Notes under the pieces: generated by a model
The model's input: only the letters and a program-made list of their open reading frames with translations
Database searches by the model: none
What the model was told of the DNA's origin: nothing
Shown here: in pieces, positions 38,272-47,417 of the stretch
Layout: every line of letters starts with the position of its first letter
Numbering within the stretch: the first letter of the stretch is position 1
Position numbers and translations under genes: made by a program
Origin: a virus
Lineage: Duplodnaviria; Caudoviricetes
Strand: one strand, 5' to 3'
Length of the DNA: 56,044 bases
IMG/VR virus record: IMGVR_UViG_3300011114_001021
Coordinates: 1 to 56,044 of that record

Positions 38272-38345
38272 TGGAGCGAGTAGAGGGAATCGAACCCCCG
38301 TAGCCAGTTTGGAAAACTGGAGCTCTGCCATTGAGCTATACTCGC
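38272..38345 (-). tRNA. tRNA-Gly(UCC)
   Basis: CCAGT-TTTCCAA-ACTGG; GGTTCGATTCC; CCA. Confidence 0.95.
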
Positions 38346-38367
38346 CATGCTCTCAGCGCCGAGATAT

Positions 38368-38526
38368 TTATCTCTCCATAGGGCGTGATGGGCGATTATA
38401 TCGAAGATCGGATTTATTTAAGACATATGCATTATTTAGAATCTTTCTTTCCCACTCAGTCAAATTGACTTTTTTAAAAGTCTCGCCGGATATCGTATTG
38501 ATTAACGTATAATTTTCTGTTTTCAT
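38368..38526 (-). CDS. small hypothetical protein (52 aa) between tRNAs
   Basis: Manual translation MKTENYTLINTISGETFKKVNLTEWERKILNNAYVLNKSDLRYNRPSRPMER. Confidence 0.5.
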   Translation of the reverse strand: MKTENYTLINTISGETFKKVNLTEWERKILNNAYVLNKSDLRYNRPSRPMER

Positions 38527-38533
38527 CGTAAAT

Positions 38534-38608
38534 TGGTTGACTCAGTTGGACTCGAACCAACACTCGTCGCGTTATGAGCACGCTGCTTCGCCTTTAAGCT
38601 ATGAGTCA
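38534..38608 (-). tRNA. tRNA-Met or Ile2 (CAU)
   Basis: TGACTCA/TGAGTCA acceptor stem, CTCATAA loop, GGTTCGAGTCC, CCA. Confidence 0.88.
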
Positions 38609-38652
38609 ATTAAACAAACCGCTCTGGACATTGAGCTGCAGGAGCCGTAAAT

Positions 38653-38740
38653 TGGTACCGGTGGCCGGACTCGAACCGGCATGACATTTTAAAGTCAATG
38701 GATTTTAAGTCCATTGTGTCTACCATTTCACCACACCGGC
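38653..38740 (-). tRNA. tRNA-Leu(UAA)
   Basis: ATGGA-CTTAAAA-TCCAT, long variable arm, GGTTCGAGTCC, CCA. Confidence 0.95.
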
Positions 38741-38745
38741 TTTCT

Positions 38746-39762
38746 TCATCGATCTTCACAATTGATCTTGCCAGACATTTTTTCCTGAAGGGATTGGATG
38801 TCCGCATCGACCATCAGACGTGCGAGGTCGGCGCATTTCGTCTTCGGCTCCCAGCCGAGTTTCTGCTTCGCCTTGCTGTAATCGCCGATGAGCAGCTCCA
38901 CTTCAGCGGGACGGAAATAACGCGGATCAATCTCGACATGTTTGTTCCAGTCGAGACCGGCGTGGCCGAAGGCAATTTCCAAAAATTCGCGGATACTGTG
39001 CGTCTCGTTCGTGGCCACGACGTAATCATCCGGCTGTTCCTGCTGAAGCATCAGCCACATCGCCTCGACATATTCCTTCGCGTAACCCCAGTCACGCTTG
39101 GCGTCGAGATTGCCGAGGAACAGCTTGTTTTGCAGACCGGCCTTGATGTGGGCGATGGCCCGGGTGATTTTGCGCGTCACAAAAGTTTCGCCGCGCCGGG
39201 GCGATTCGTGGTTGAACAAAATTCCGTTGCTGGCGTGCAGGCCGTAGGACTCGCGGTAGTTCACCGTGATCCAGTAGGAATAAACCTTCGCGCAACCGTA
39301 GGGGCTGCGCGGATAAAATGGCGTCGTCTCCTTCTGCGGCACTTCCTGCACCAGACCGTACATCTCGCTCGATGACGCCTGATAAAAGCGCGGCTTGAGT
39401 CCCGTCTCGCGGATCGCCTCCAGCAGCCGCACCGTGCCGGTGGCGGTGATGTCGGCGGTGTACTCCGGGCTGTCGAAACTGACGCGGACGTGGGATTGCG
39501 CGGCGAGATTGTAAATTTCCTCCGGCTGAATTTTTCCGAGCAGCCGCGCTATCGCGCTGCCATCGCTCAAATCGCCGTAATGCAAAAACAGCCGGGCCTT
39601 GCTGTCGTGCGGGTCGCTGTAAATATCATCGAGCCTTCCGGTGTTGAAGGTGCTGGCGCGACGGATGAGGCCGTGTACTTCATAACCTTTGCCCAGCAAA
39701 AGTTCGGCGAGATAGGAACCGTCCTGTCCGGTGATGCCGGTGATGAGTGCTTTTTTGCCCAT
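38746..39762 (-). CDS. gmd: GDP-mannose 4,6-dehydratase
   Basis: [46 protein letters not shown]; visibly GC-rich relative to flanks. Confidence 0.97.
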   Translation of the reverse strand: MGKKALITGITGQDGSYLAELLLGKGYEVHGLIRRASTFNTGRLDDIYSDPHDSKARLFLHYGDLSDGSAIARLLGKIQPEEIYNLAAQSHVRVSFDSPEYTADITATGTVRLLEAIRETGLKPRFYQASSSEMYGLVQEVPQKETTPFYPRSPYGCAKVYSYWITVNYRESYGLHASNGILFNHESPRRGETFVTRKITRAIAHIKAGLQNKLFLGNLDAKRDWGYAKEYVEAMWLMLQQEQPDDYVVATNETHSIREFLEIAFGHAGLDWNKHVEIDPRYFRPAEVELLIGDYSKAKQKLGWEPKTKCADLARLMVDADIQSLQEKMSGKINCEDR

Positions 39763-39796
39763 ATTTTGTCTATTAAGTTAACGGGGTTATAGAATA

Positions 39797-39920
39797 GGGA
39801 GATTGCAGCCGGATATAAACCGACATCTTCAGCTTAGAAAGCTGATGTTTTTACGAAGGGTGACCTCAGTCGCGCCCGCCTCTGCCGAGGCGTTTCATTC
39901 GTATTTTAAACTATGCAATC
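39797..39920 (-). ncRNA. tRNA-Arg(UCU)-like RNA with 52-nt structured D-loop insertion
   Basis: Acceptor GATTGCA/TGCAATC, D stem GTTT/AAAC, anticodon arm TCAGC-TTTCTAA-GCTGA, T arm GTCGG-TTTATAT-CCGGC; insert closed by TACGAA/TTCGTA. Confidence 0.7.
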
Positions 39921-39927
39921 AAAGTGC

Positions 39928-40073
39928 GGTCCCAGTGCTTATTCCATGTCGGCGTCTTTTCGATTCCGATGGGCTCAAGTCATGAATTTCGCTGTAGCTC
40001 ATCATGATCTCTTACCAGCTCTTGGCATCGCGACCGCCTTACGGAGGCTACAGTCACTGAATCCACTGGGACC
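39928..40073 (-). ncRNA. putative structured ncRNA (10-bp closing stem, possible pseudoknot)
   Basis: GGTCCCAGTG/CACTGGGACC ends; CTGTAGC/GCTACAG and TCATGA/TCATGA pairings cross. Confidence 0.55.
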
Positions 40074-40136
40074 TGTCAGTCAGTCTCTCATGCAACTCAA
40101 TGAGAAGCAAGGATCTTAGAGATTGCTGATCTGACA
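40074..40136 (-). ncRNA. putative three-way-junction RNA element
   Basis: TGTCAG/CTGACA closing stem, AGCAA/TTGCT arm, TCTCAT/ATGAGA arm. Confidence 0.45.
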
Positions 40137-40146
40137 AAATTATTAA

Positions 40147-40225
40147 GCCGAATTGAGGTAAGTCTAGGGACGACGACCCCATCCCCCTAGAACCGGGGCA
40201 TGAAGCCCCTGTCCCTCAATCCAGC
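40147..40225 (-). ncRNA. putative three-way-junction RNA element
   Basis: GCTGGATTGAGG/CCTCAATTCGGC closing stem, GGGGC/GCCCC and TCTAGGG/CCCTAGA arms. Confidence 0.5.
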
Positions 40226-40234
40226 AAATCAAAA

Positions 40235-40311
40235 TGGTAGCGGGTGAGGGATTCGAACCCTCGATCTCAACGTTATGAGCGTTGCGAGATAACCAACTTC
40301 TCTAACCCGCG
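40235..40311 (-). tRNA. tRNA-Met(CAU), initiator-like
   Basis: CGCGGGT.../ACCCGCT with unpaired 1:72, CTCATAA loop, GGTTCGAATCC, CCA. Confidence 0.9.
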
Positions 40312-40318
40312 TTAAATT

Positions 40319-40326
40319 TATTTATA
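40319..40326 (-). promoter_or_regulatory. late promoter TATAAATA for tRNA/ncRNA cluster
   Basis: Exact match 7 nt upstream of the tRNA-Met 5' end. Confidence 0.75.
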
Positions 40327-40358
40327 GGCGGCAGCTTTAGATTTGCCGAGCATTTTTA

Positions 40359-40892
40359 CTATGCAATCCAAGCTGGAACCTCTCGGCGTTTCCAAGAAAA
40401 TAGCTGTCTCTTCTCGCCGAGGTAGTAATTTCTATATGATTTAATCGAATCACCGAATACTTTGTATTCTTCGGGCATAGCCGGAGTCGGCTGTGTAAAT
40501 GAGCCTTCGACAATATTCTTTGGCGCGCAACTCAAATCTTTCGTCAATCTACTAGTAGCGTGAACCTTACCATATCGGTGCGTGTATTCTTCCATCAGAG
40601 AGACAAACATCTCGAATAGCCACGCATAATTAGAAGAACTATGCCTTGCCCAAATAGCCGAAGGATGATTGACGTGCGTGGCAGAATACAGACTTGATTC
40701 CCGATTATCGGGAATGCTGTATCGAGTTTGCCTTCGTCCAGTTTTGCTAATCCCTAGGGATTGAATTCCATCCAGAACTCTATGGGAATTCGAAAGCAAT
40801 TGAGCATATTCGAGAATCATTTTCACGCAATGTTTATCAACGTGCATCTTTGCACAGTCTTTTACATCATGCTCTAGATAAAATATGTTCAT
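40359..40892 (-). CDS. pyrimidine-dimer DNA glycosylase/DenV-related family protein
   Basis: MNIFYL...A..HVDKH.VKMILE.AQLLS, TH.NHPS..W, EY..RYGK.H, YR.YY; start reassigned. Confidence 0.75.
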   Translation of the reverse strand: MNIFYLEHDVKDCAKMHVDKHCVKMILEYAQLLSNSHRVLDGIQSLGISKTGRRQTRYSIPDNRESSLYSATHVNHPSAIWARHSSSNYAWLFEMFVSLMEEYTHRYGKVHATSRLTKDLSCAPKNIVEGSFTQPTPAMPEEYKVFGDSIKSYRNYYLGEKRQLFSWKRREVPAWIA

Positions 40893-40893
40893 A

Positions 40894-41130
40894 TCATTCA
40901 AAGAGAAGAGAGTCGCAAGATAGGCACCATGGATCGCGATTCCGAAGGGTGACACTATCAGTCATTCGGCCGCTCACTATCAATACATACATCTCATACG
41001 AATCAGTATGCACAGATTTGCGACTCTCAAAATTGTAATCGAGGTTCATTGATTCTACTTTTGGACTTCTGCACGCTCGATAAACATGCTTTCCATAGAT
41101 ACGCTCTTTTCGATTTCTCGGCCGTGGCAA
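40894..41130 (-). CDS. small hypothetical protein
   Basis: 78 aa ORF filling the gap; start uncertain. Confidence 0.4.
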   Translation of the reverse strand: MPRPRNRKERIYGKHVYRACRSPKVESMNLDYNFESRKSVHTDSYEMYVLIVSGRMTDSVTLRNRDPWCLSCDSLLFE

Positions 41131-41223
41131 TCTACACGGTTAGGATTATTTGAATTCTATTTAGTTTCAGCCTCGCCTCATCCCGTTCGTGTGTTTGCTC
41201 TTGGCCCACCGGAATTGAGCAGC

Positions 41224-41538
41224 TTAGCGCGCCCGAACATCCATGACTTTGGCGCGGACCATTCGAACCGCACCGCGGTGAGGCGCATAATGCCCAGTCT
41301 CCGGGCAACGATAGTGAACGCGATATCGAATCGTCGGATTGAGCGATTTCAAGGCTTTCAAAATATTGCGGCCGTCGACATCATTCTTGAGTTTCATAAG
41401 CGCGTTCGAGGTACCGCGGCCTCGATAGACCACATTCAGAATACCTGGGAGCGAAGCATCTTCGAAATAAGTGGCGCGATTGCTTCGATGATAGACCAGC
41501 CGCCGATCTCGATTTCCATTTTCAATTTCTTGTTTCAT
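41224..41538 (-). CDS. hypothetical early protein, paralog of 1356..1691
   Basis: Same promoter cassette; AS.PGIL.VVY motif. Confidence 0.7.
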   Translation of the reverse strand: MKQEIENGNRDRRLVYHRSNRATYFEDASLPGILNVVYRGRGTSNALMKLKNDVDGRNILKALKSLNPTIRYRVHYRCPETGHYAPHRGAVRMVRAKVMDVRAR

Positions 41539-41612
41539 TCTGAGATAATACTACCATGAAACATGTGAATGTAAATAAAAAAATGAAAGTATTTTCAGGG
41601 CTGAATATCAGG
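41531..41612 (-). promoter_or_regulatory. early promoter cassette (copy of 1684-1765)
   Basis: 82 bp with 3 mismatches by manual alignment. Confidence 0.8.
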
Positions 41613-41769
41613 GCTTTGCGCATGCGCGGCAAATTCGCTGCCAATATAACCAGTTGAACCGAATAATATGATCATAACTTATTTTCATTCCGCCACATCG
41701 CTCACCAAATTCATTCTGATATAAGAATACCATGTTCCGATTGAATGTACATCTGAAAGATGAAGAGAA

Positions 41770-42495
41770 TTACGATGTCAATAATTCTTGAGGAATAAGA
41801 AAATATTCAGAAAATCCTTTAGGCTTTTCGCATAATTGAAGTGACACACGATCTATGCATACATATCCATTTTGAGAAAACTTATCAAAGTCAAATCCGC
41901 CATTTTCTTTTTCCACAAATCCAGGATAGTCTTCGATGAATAAAAGGTTTTCTTTTTCTCCTTGATGCATCGACAATTGAAAGATTGGTCTAAAAGTAGT
42001 AAACATGTATTCACACGTCTTCAGGACTACCGATTCCATACCTTCGATATCGATTTTGATCAGTTTCGGTATAGGCAAAGAATGTTCTTCTATTAACTTT
42101 GGAATGGTACGATAGCTTATTTTTTGCACTGGCATTTCCCTGATGAGTTGACCGGGAGTTCCGATACAGTCACAGAATTTTGTAAATACCTCGTCTTGAT
42201 TTTTCTCATGTAGTGCCATGAGAATTGTTTTGACATTTGCATAGTCCTGTACATTTTGACGAAGTGCATCAATATTTCTTTCCGATCCTTCGATAGCAAT
42301 TACATTATATCCTCGCGCGGCAAAATATACAGATAGCACCCCTCGAAATGCTCCGATATCATATACCGTGTCTCCTTCTTTTAGAAATCTATCATAGATC
42401 TCAGGGCGAATTGAATTTGTCTGTTCTTCGATGTCATTAGGCTGTACATTAACTACTTGCCTGACTCGCTGCATCGCTTCGTAATGTGTCATCAT
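41770..42495 (-). CDS. FkbM-family methyltransferase
   Basis: YDIGAFRG, IKIDIEGME. Confidence 0.85.
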   Translation of the reverse strand: MMTHYEAMQRVRQVVNVQPNDIEEQTNSIRPEIYDRFLKEGDTVYDIGAFRGVLSVYFAARGYNVIAIEGSERNIDALRQNVQDYANVKTILMALHEKNQDEVFTKFCDCIGTPGQLIREMPVQKISYRTIPKLIEEHSLPIPKLIKIDIEGMESVVLKTCEYMFTTFRPIFQLSMHQGEKENLLFIEDYPGFVEKENGGFDFDKFSQNGYVCIDRVSLQLCEKPKGFSEYFLIPQELLTS

Positions 42496-42508
42496 TTTGA
42501 TTGATAGT

Positions 42509-43399
42509 CTATCTGATTAAGAAAGACAAATATGGTTTAAGTGTTCGATAATAGTATTCAAAACATTTTTCAGGAGTATGATTGGCATTGTAGTCATCAA
42601 ATGAACGCTGTGCGAGAGACACATATCTATTCTGATCGAGCATATATCGGATCTTCTCCTCTGCGTCTTGAAAATCGTCGCGAATAACGCAGTATTCTTT
42701 AAATGGCATTGCGTCATTCCTTACAGATTTATTTCTCATCTGAGGCATGATGATCGCGGTTTTAGTTGATGCTAATTCCCAGATCCTCCATGAATCATAT
42801 GAATTACCGAAATAATGAAGGCCAATCTTAGAACGATTGATCGCTTCAGCAAATTCTAATGATGGCTGATCTCCAGTGGGCTGAGGAGACACGGAGATGT
42901 ACCAACGCAAGTCACTCATTGCGCCTTGAGCAAGATTGACGATCTTTTCGACAAACGGAATCCGCCGAGCATTTGTTATTCCACCAATGAAACACACATC
43001 GATGTCTTTCGTATATGCCGCATTAAAGCGTGAAGGAATAGGAAAATGTATCGGATGTACTACACAGTGTCTAGGATTGCGAGTCTGATCTGTGTACTCT
43101 CGATGCATCACAACATCTGGCTTACGATCTGACCAGTGCTGAATATCTTCAAAGTCTGTGTCGTCATGTTGAATCAGAATAGAGTCTTGAAAGTGTTCAT
43201 TGATTAGACGATTCGTGATTGGAATAGTCCAATCTTCATGAAGATATAAAAATACTGCGCGGTATTTGTCTTTTGGAACAAATGACGTAACATTCCTTTC
43301 ATCGACGAAGTCACACGAGTATCCTAGTTTCTCAAACGACTTAAAGATGAAAGTCGAATTTGGCACCCATGAATAGTTAAAGAATAAAAAATCTTTCAT
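42509..43399 (-). CDS. GT-B glycosyltransferase (CgeB/GT4-like)
   Basis: DIDVCFIG, SKIGL...G...WRIWE. Confidence 0.7.
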   Translation of the reverse strand: MKDFLFFNYSWVPNSTFIFKSFEKLGYSCDFVDERNVTSFVPKDKYRAVFLYLHEDWTIPITNRLINEHFQDSILIQHDDTDFEDIQHWSDRKPDVVMHREYTDQTRNPRHCVVHPIHFPIPSRFNAAYTKDIDVCFIGGITNARRIPFVEKIVNLAQGAMSDLRWYISVSPQPTGDQPSLEFAEAINRSKIGLHYFGNSYDSWRIWELASTKTAIIMPQMRNKSVRNDAMPFKEYCVIRDDFQDAEEKIRYMLDQNRYVSLAQRSFDDYNANHTPEKCFEYYYRTLKPYLSFLIR

Positions 43400-43809
43400 T
43401 TATATTTAAGAGGATAATCCGTACATATGCCTTTGATATCCGGAAGATCTTGGGCGTAATGATGCATCACCGTGATTCCATTCTTTATATATACATTAGG
43501 AAAGCACCAGATATGCCCCTTACTTGTCAAAGTCATCTTATCCTTGTCGTGCCAGAACCAATTGATATCGAGCGTAGAAGCATATTGGGCCGCCTCAGTA
43601 TTCTTACAATGCACCCAGAGATTTTTATTGAAGAAATCTGAATCAATTTGATATTGAGGACCATCATGACCAAGGAATAGTTCTCCATTTATTCTCCAAA
43701 GATCGATTTCGACCTGATGGATCAGACTTATCTCAGAGACGTGATCTGGATTGTTCTCGAGGCTTAAGTCGCGACCGTTTATATTGCCTCTATGAGATAT
43801 GACGAGCAT
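43396..43809 (-). CDS. PLC/GDPD-like phosphodiesterase
   Basis: ISHRGN, EN, EIDLW, LGHD, HCKN, GICTD. Confidence 0.75.
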   Translation of the reverse strand: MLVISHRGNINGRDLSLENNPDHVSEISLIHQVEIDLWRINGELFLGHDGPQYQIDSDFFNKNLWVHCKNTEAAQYASTLDINWFWHDKDKMTLTSKGHIWCFPNVYIKNGITVMHHYAQDLPDIKGICTDYPLKYK

Positions 43810-43816
43810 TTGAGTG

Positions 43817-44371
43817 TTATTCTTTTACGGCTAGCGTATTACCTCCATCCAATACATTCACCCGATAGTTATATGATTTTAACTTATCTCTAAGCTTTTC
43901 ATTATATTCATGAGAATGTTCATGCTCAAAAAAGATTTCGCCAATCTTAACTCTATCAAAATCCAGAGCCAATAAAATTTTAGCATCATATCCTTCGGTG
44001 TCAATAAAGAGATGAGAGATCTCTTTTATCTCAAGAGAGTCAATGACAGTATTGAGGTCTAAGCATGGCAAATATATCTTTTCAGATTCCTTATATCCCA
44101 TACGATTCAATACGTGCGCCTCGATCAGACTAGCATGAGACTCGCAACCATTCTTTGGAAGAAAGAAACTCGTTATCCCACATCTATCACTGATCGCTAC
44201 GTTGACCGATATGAGTCGATCTCCTAAAAAGGCATAATCGTTTTTTGCCTTCTCCGTATATTTACTTATAGCATCGATAATAACAAATTTCTCGATATTT
44301 GAGATATTGTTTTGTATGAATTGAGTAACGTGATCATTGCCGACGTGACAACCTATTTGAATAACATTCAT
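43817..44371 (-). CDS. FkbM-family methyltransferase
   Basis: IQIG, NVAISD, IDTEGYD. Confidence 0.8.
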   Translation of the reverse strand: MNVIQIGCHVGNDHVTQFIQNNISNIEKFVIIDAISKYTEKAKNDYAFLGDRLISVNVAISDRCGITSFFLPKNGCESHASLIEAHVLNRMGYKESEKIYLPCLDLNTVIDSLEIKEISHLFIDTEGYDAKILLALDFDRVKIGEIFFEHEHSHEYNEKLRDKLKSYNYRVNVLDGGNTLAVKE

Positions 44372-45295
44372 TTATTTTTTTTTATTTTTTATCCTAGGAT
44401 TTTCGTTTAAATACCAATCTTCCCATTTCATCGGTTGATGACATTGATTGGTCCCTTCTGGTATACCAGGAGAAGAGATTCCTCCACCATCAACGTGAAG
44501 TGAAATACTATAATCACAAATACTAAGCTCTGGAAAATTTTTAGAGATATCGATGCCTCTATGCTCTAAATACATCTCACCGAATTTTGCAATTACGCCA
44601 CTTAGTAGTCCGTCCTGAAGTCTATGTCTATCGGCTTCACCTTTCCAGCATGCGCGCTCAATCACTCTCGAATATTCACCAATCGATATTAAACTATGAT
44701 CTTCTAGGTATTTAATCATTTGCTTCAAGCGCTTGAGATGGATGATCAATGTTCCAGTCGCGCTAGTATAGCCTTTTACGGTAATAGTACCACTTCGTGT
44801 TGAAATATCAAATGGCTTATAGAGATACTGACGATTTTTGCAGTCTGTACCAAACCAACGTGCCATTTCATTTGGAAGATCATTATATACTCGATGAATT
44901 CTAGATTCATGTTCATCTGGAATATCCGTGCCGGCTATAGCTATACAGTGTTGCGCCGAATCAAATACATCGACTACGTCTTGAAGCCAGTCCTTTCTCC
45001 AATAGTAATCGGCTTCCATGATGCATACAATATCAGACTCGTCGTCAGACATGATCATATCATATATCCTTTCGAATGTGGGTCCAACACCAGCATTCTT
45101 TCCGGTCAATAGTAGATCTACATTTGGATGATTAGCGTGAAAATTCAATAAGAACTGTTTAGTCTCTATATTTGATGAATCATCAATGATTTGAATACGA
45201 TTTGGCTTGATATCAGAATTGTTTAGAGCCGTCGCCAAACTATTCTTAAAGACTGCCAATCTATTATAGGTTGGCATATAGAATGTAATATTCAT
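44372..45295 (-). CDS. GT2-family glycosyltransferase
   Basis: MPTYNR, IIDDSS, EAD. Confidence 0.75.
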   Translation of the reverse strand: MNITFYMPTYNRLAVFKNSLATALNNSDIKPNRIQIIDDSSNIETKQFLLNFHANHPNVDLLLTGKNAGVGPTFERIYDMIMSDDESDIVCIMEADYYWRKDWLQDVVDVFDSAQHCIAIAGTDIPDEHESRIHRVYNDLPNEMARWFGTDCKNRQYLYKPFDISTRSGTITVKGYTSATGTLIIHLKRLKQMIKYLEDHSLISIGEYSRVIERACWKGEADRHRLQDGLLSGVIAKFGEMYLEHRGIDISKNFPELSICDYSISLHVDGGGISSPGIPEGTNQCHQPMKWEDWYLNENPRIKNKKK

Positions 45296-45301
45296 AAGAG
45301 A

Positions 45302-46039
45302 TTAAAGGATTTCAGTCCAGCTATGTTTGAGCTTAAATTTGGCATCATCCTTTTTGCTGTACCGATGATAAAATAGATTTCCTCTAAAGTCAAATGAATT
45401 TACCACGTGAATGAATGAGCTGTCGATGCAGTGAATCTCTTCAGCATTCTCAATTACTTTAAGGTAGTCAAATACATTATCGGTCATTCCTGGAGCAGCA
45501 ACAATCATACGCAATTTTCCATAAGATGGTATCTTATCAAAATTCATTATGTTTCCTCTTTCTGGAGAATGATGCACAAAGATATATTTTTGGTTGATAT
45601 TTAATTTATTATATAGGGCTTCTTCTCGACCAAAATCACGATCGACATAAAAATTGGTCCATCGATTTGAAAAGTCATATGCGTATTGCTTATAGAAGAT
45701 TTCATCAAATCCGAGTGTAGGATTCTGAAGCTTTAATGTATAAAAGAACTCTCGCCCTATCTTCAACATTGGCATAGAAATAAATCTAGAATTTGATCCA
45801 AATTTCTCATGATCTGGAATAGAATCGAGCACCATCGGATTATCTTCGATGATACGCTCGACGGTCAAATTCTTTAAGTCTCTATACATAAAAGACACGG
45901 ATGGAACATTCGTCGGAGTAGCGGCCAAATAAAAATGCGTCTGAGGATGTGTCGCGCAAATATATCTGACAAGAGCATTACATATGATATGATCTCCAAG
46001 ACCATATTGTTGATGAATGACGATATCTTTATGTAGCAT
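45302..46039 (-). CDS. GT9-like glycosyltransferase, paralog of 47402..48079
   Basis: GLGDHI.CN, EIHCIDSSF.H. Confidence 0.65.
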   Translation of the reverse strand: MLHKDIVIHQQYGLGDHIICNALVRYICATHPQTHFYLAATPTNVPSVSFMYRDLKNLTVERIIEDNPMVLDSIPDHEKFGSNSRFISMPMLKIGREFFYTLKLQNPTLGFDEIFYKQYAYDFSNRWTNFYVDRDFGREEALYNKLNINQKYIFVHHSPERGNIMNFDKIPSYGKLRMIVAAPGMTDNVFDYLKVIENAEEIHCIDSSFIHVVNSFDFRGNLFYHRYSKKDDAKFKLKHSWTEIL

Positions 46040-46040
46040 A

Positions 46041-47417
46041 TTATTTCTGATTTTCTAGATATGCTCTCAAGTCTTCAGGAGTTCCAAGACCCCACATCTT
46101 TTCAACTAGAAAATTCAATACTCGTTTGCCATCTTCGAAAGCTTGATTGAATACTGGACATACATAAAATTCATTATTCACTCTAATATTTCGCGCAATC
46201 ATCTGCTCAGCATATTTTACGAAGTCAGATCCATGTTTCCAATAGTAATAACCGACCGTAGCGTTATCGGATATAGGATTCTTTTCAGCGACTTCAGTAA
46301 CCATGCCAAGTTCATTTACTCGAGCAAATGACCATTTTGGATGAGTCGACTTAAATGTAACGATGCCTCCATCTGCATCATTCTCTTGCATCTTATATAA
46401 AAACTCTGTAGAATTCCATTCAACAAATTGATCAGAATTTGCAAATAGCAATGGAGCGTCTGAATCGATATGAGTCTTTGCCATCAGTGCTGAACAGGCA
46501 GCTCCTTCTGTAATTCCCTCAACCTCTATGACTTTGGCTCCTGGCGTGATGAGATTGAGTAGCGTATCTAAATTGTACTTTTCACGATGCGCCTTTTGAA
46601 CAATGTAGATGTAGTTGGCTTCGATGCTTAGATTGTCGACGACGACCTGAATCATCGGTTTTCCATTGACGTCGATAAGAGGCTTTGGAAAAGTATATCC
46701 TGCTTTTTCAAATCGGCTCCCAGCACCTGCCATTGGAATAAGTACATTCATCTTTTTGTCTACCCATTTTGGATTACAACTAAACATAGTATTATTTATG
46801 TGTGATCGAATGTTTTCATATGTGACATCTTTTGGACTAGTGATGCGCATGACAGCCGCACCACTCTGACTTGCAGCTTTGAGTCCATATGGAGAATCTT
46901 CGAGTATTAAGACTTGTTCAGGCGTATATCCCATAGTCGATATAGCTTTCCAATACATCTCTGGATGAGGTTTACTATTTTGTACATCTTCATTTGAAAG
47001 AATCAAATCGAAGTATTCGATTATGCCGAGTTTAGATAAGATCGTCAATACGGTCTTTCGAATGGAATTAGAACAGCACGCAATCTTATATCCTTCTCGT
47101 TCTAATCTAGAAAGACAATCAATGAGTTGATGATCGTATACAGTGTTCTTTAAAAGTTCTAGAGTCACCTTTTGTTTTTTTTTCCATACGGATCGATGTG
47201 CTGCTACTGGAAGATTTTTTTCATTAGTTAGTATATCTAACTTCTGATTGGTCTTAAGTCCATCATATTTGCTCAAATGCTCAGGCCATGAAATCTGATA
47301 TTGCGATTCAAGTGCTTGATTTAGTGCAGAATAATGCATGAGCTTTGTCTCGATGAGTACGCCATCGAGATCAAAAATGATTAGTTTAGTTTTATCGTTC
47401 ATTATACAAATTGCCAA
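46041..47417 (-). CDS. HAD phosphatase / nucleotidyltransferase fusion
   Basis: FDLDGVL, KPHPE, EDS..G; then IPMAGAGSRF...PKPL, EK, GLGTPE. Confidence 0.85.
   Translation of the reverse strand: MAICIMNDKTKLIIFDLDGVLIETKLMHYSALNQALESQYQISWPEHLSKYDGLKTNQKLDILTNEKNLPVAAHRSVWKKKQKVTLELLKNTVYDHQLIDCLSRLEREGYKIACCSNSIRKTVLTILSKLGIIEYFDLILSNEDVQNSKPHPEMYWKAISTMGYTPEQVLILEDSPYGLKAASQSGAAVMRITSPKDVTYENIRSHINNTMFSCNPKWVDKKMNVLIPMAGAGSRFEKAGYTFPKPLIDVNGKPMIQVVVDNLSIEANYIYIVQKAHREKYNLDTLLNLITPGAKVIEVEGITEGAACSALMAKTHIDSDAPLLFANSDQFVEWNSTEFLYKMQENDADGGIVTFKSTHPKWSFARVNELGMVTEVAEKNPISDNATVGYYYWKHGSDFVKYAEQMIARNIRVNNEFYVCPVFNQAFEDGKRVLNFLVEKMWGLGTPEDLRAYLENQK

Noticed and set aside
38159-38807. ORFs overlapping tRNA genes
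   Set aside because: Spurious translations of tRNA sequence
38653-39800. Integrated element or att site at tRNA-Leu
   Set aside because: No integrase and no duplicated tRNA 3' end flanking gmd
39852-39903. Hammerhead ribozyme in the tRNA insert
   Set aside because: GAAAC is present but there is no correctly placed CUGANGA core
40140-40225. RNase P RNA (CGGCTTA near 3' end)
   Set aside because: The GAGGAAAGTCC 5' motif is missing and the element is far too short
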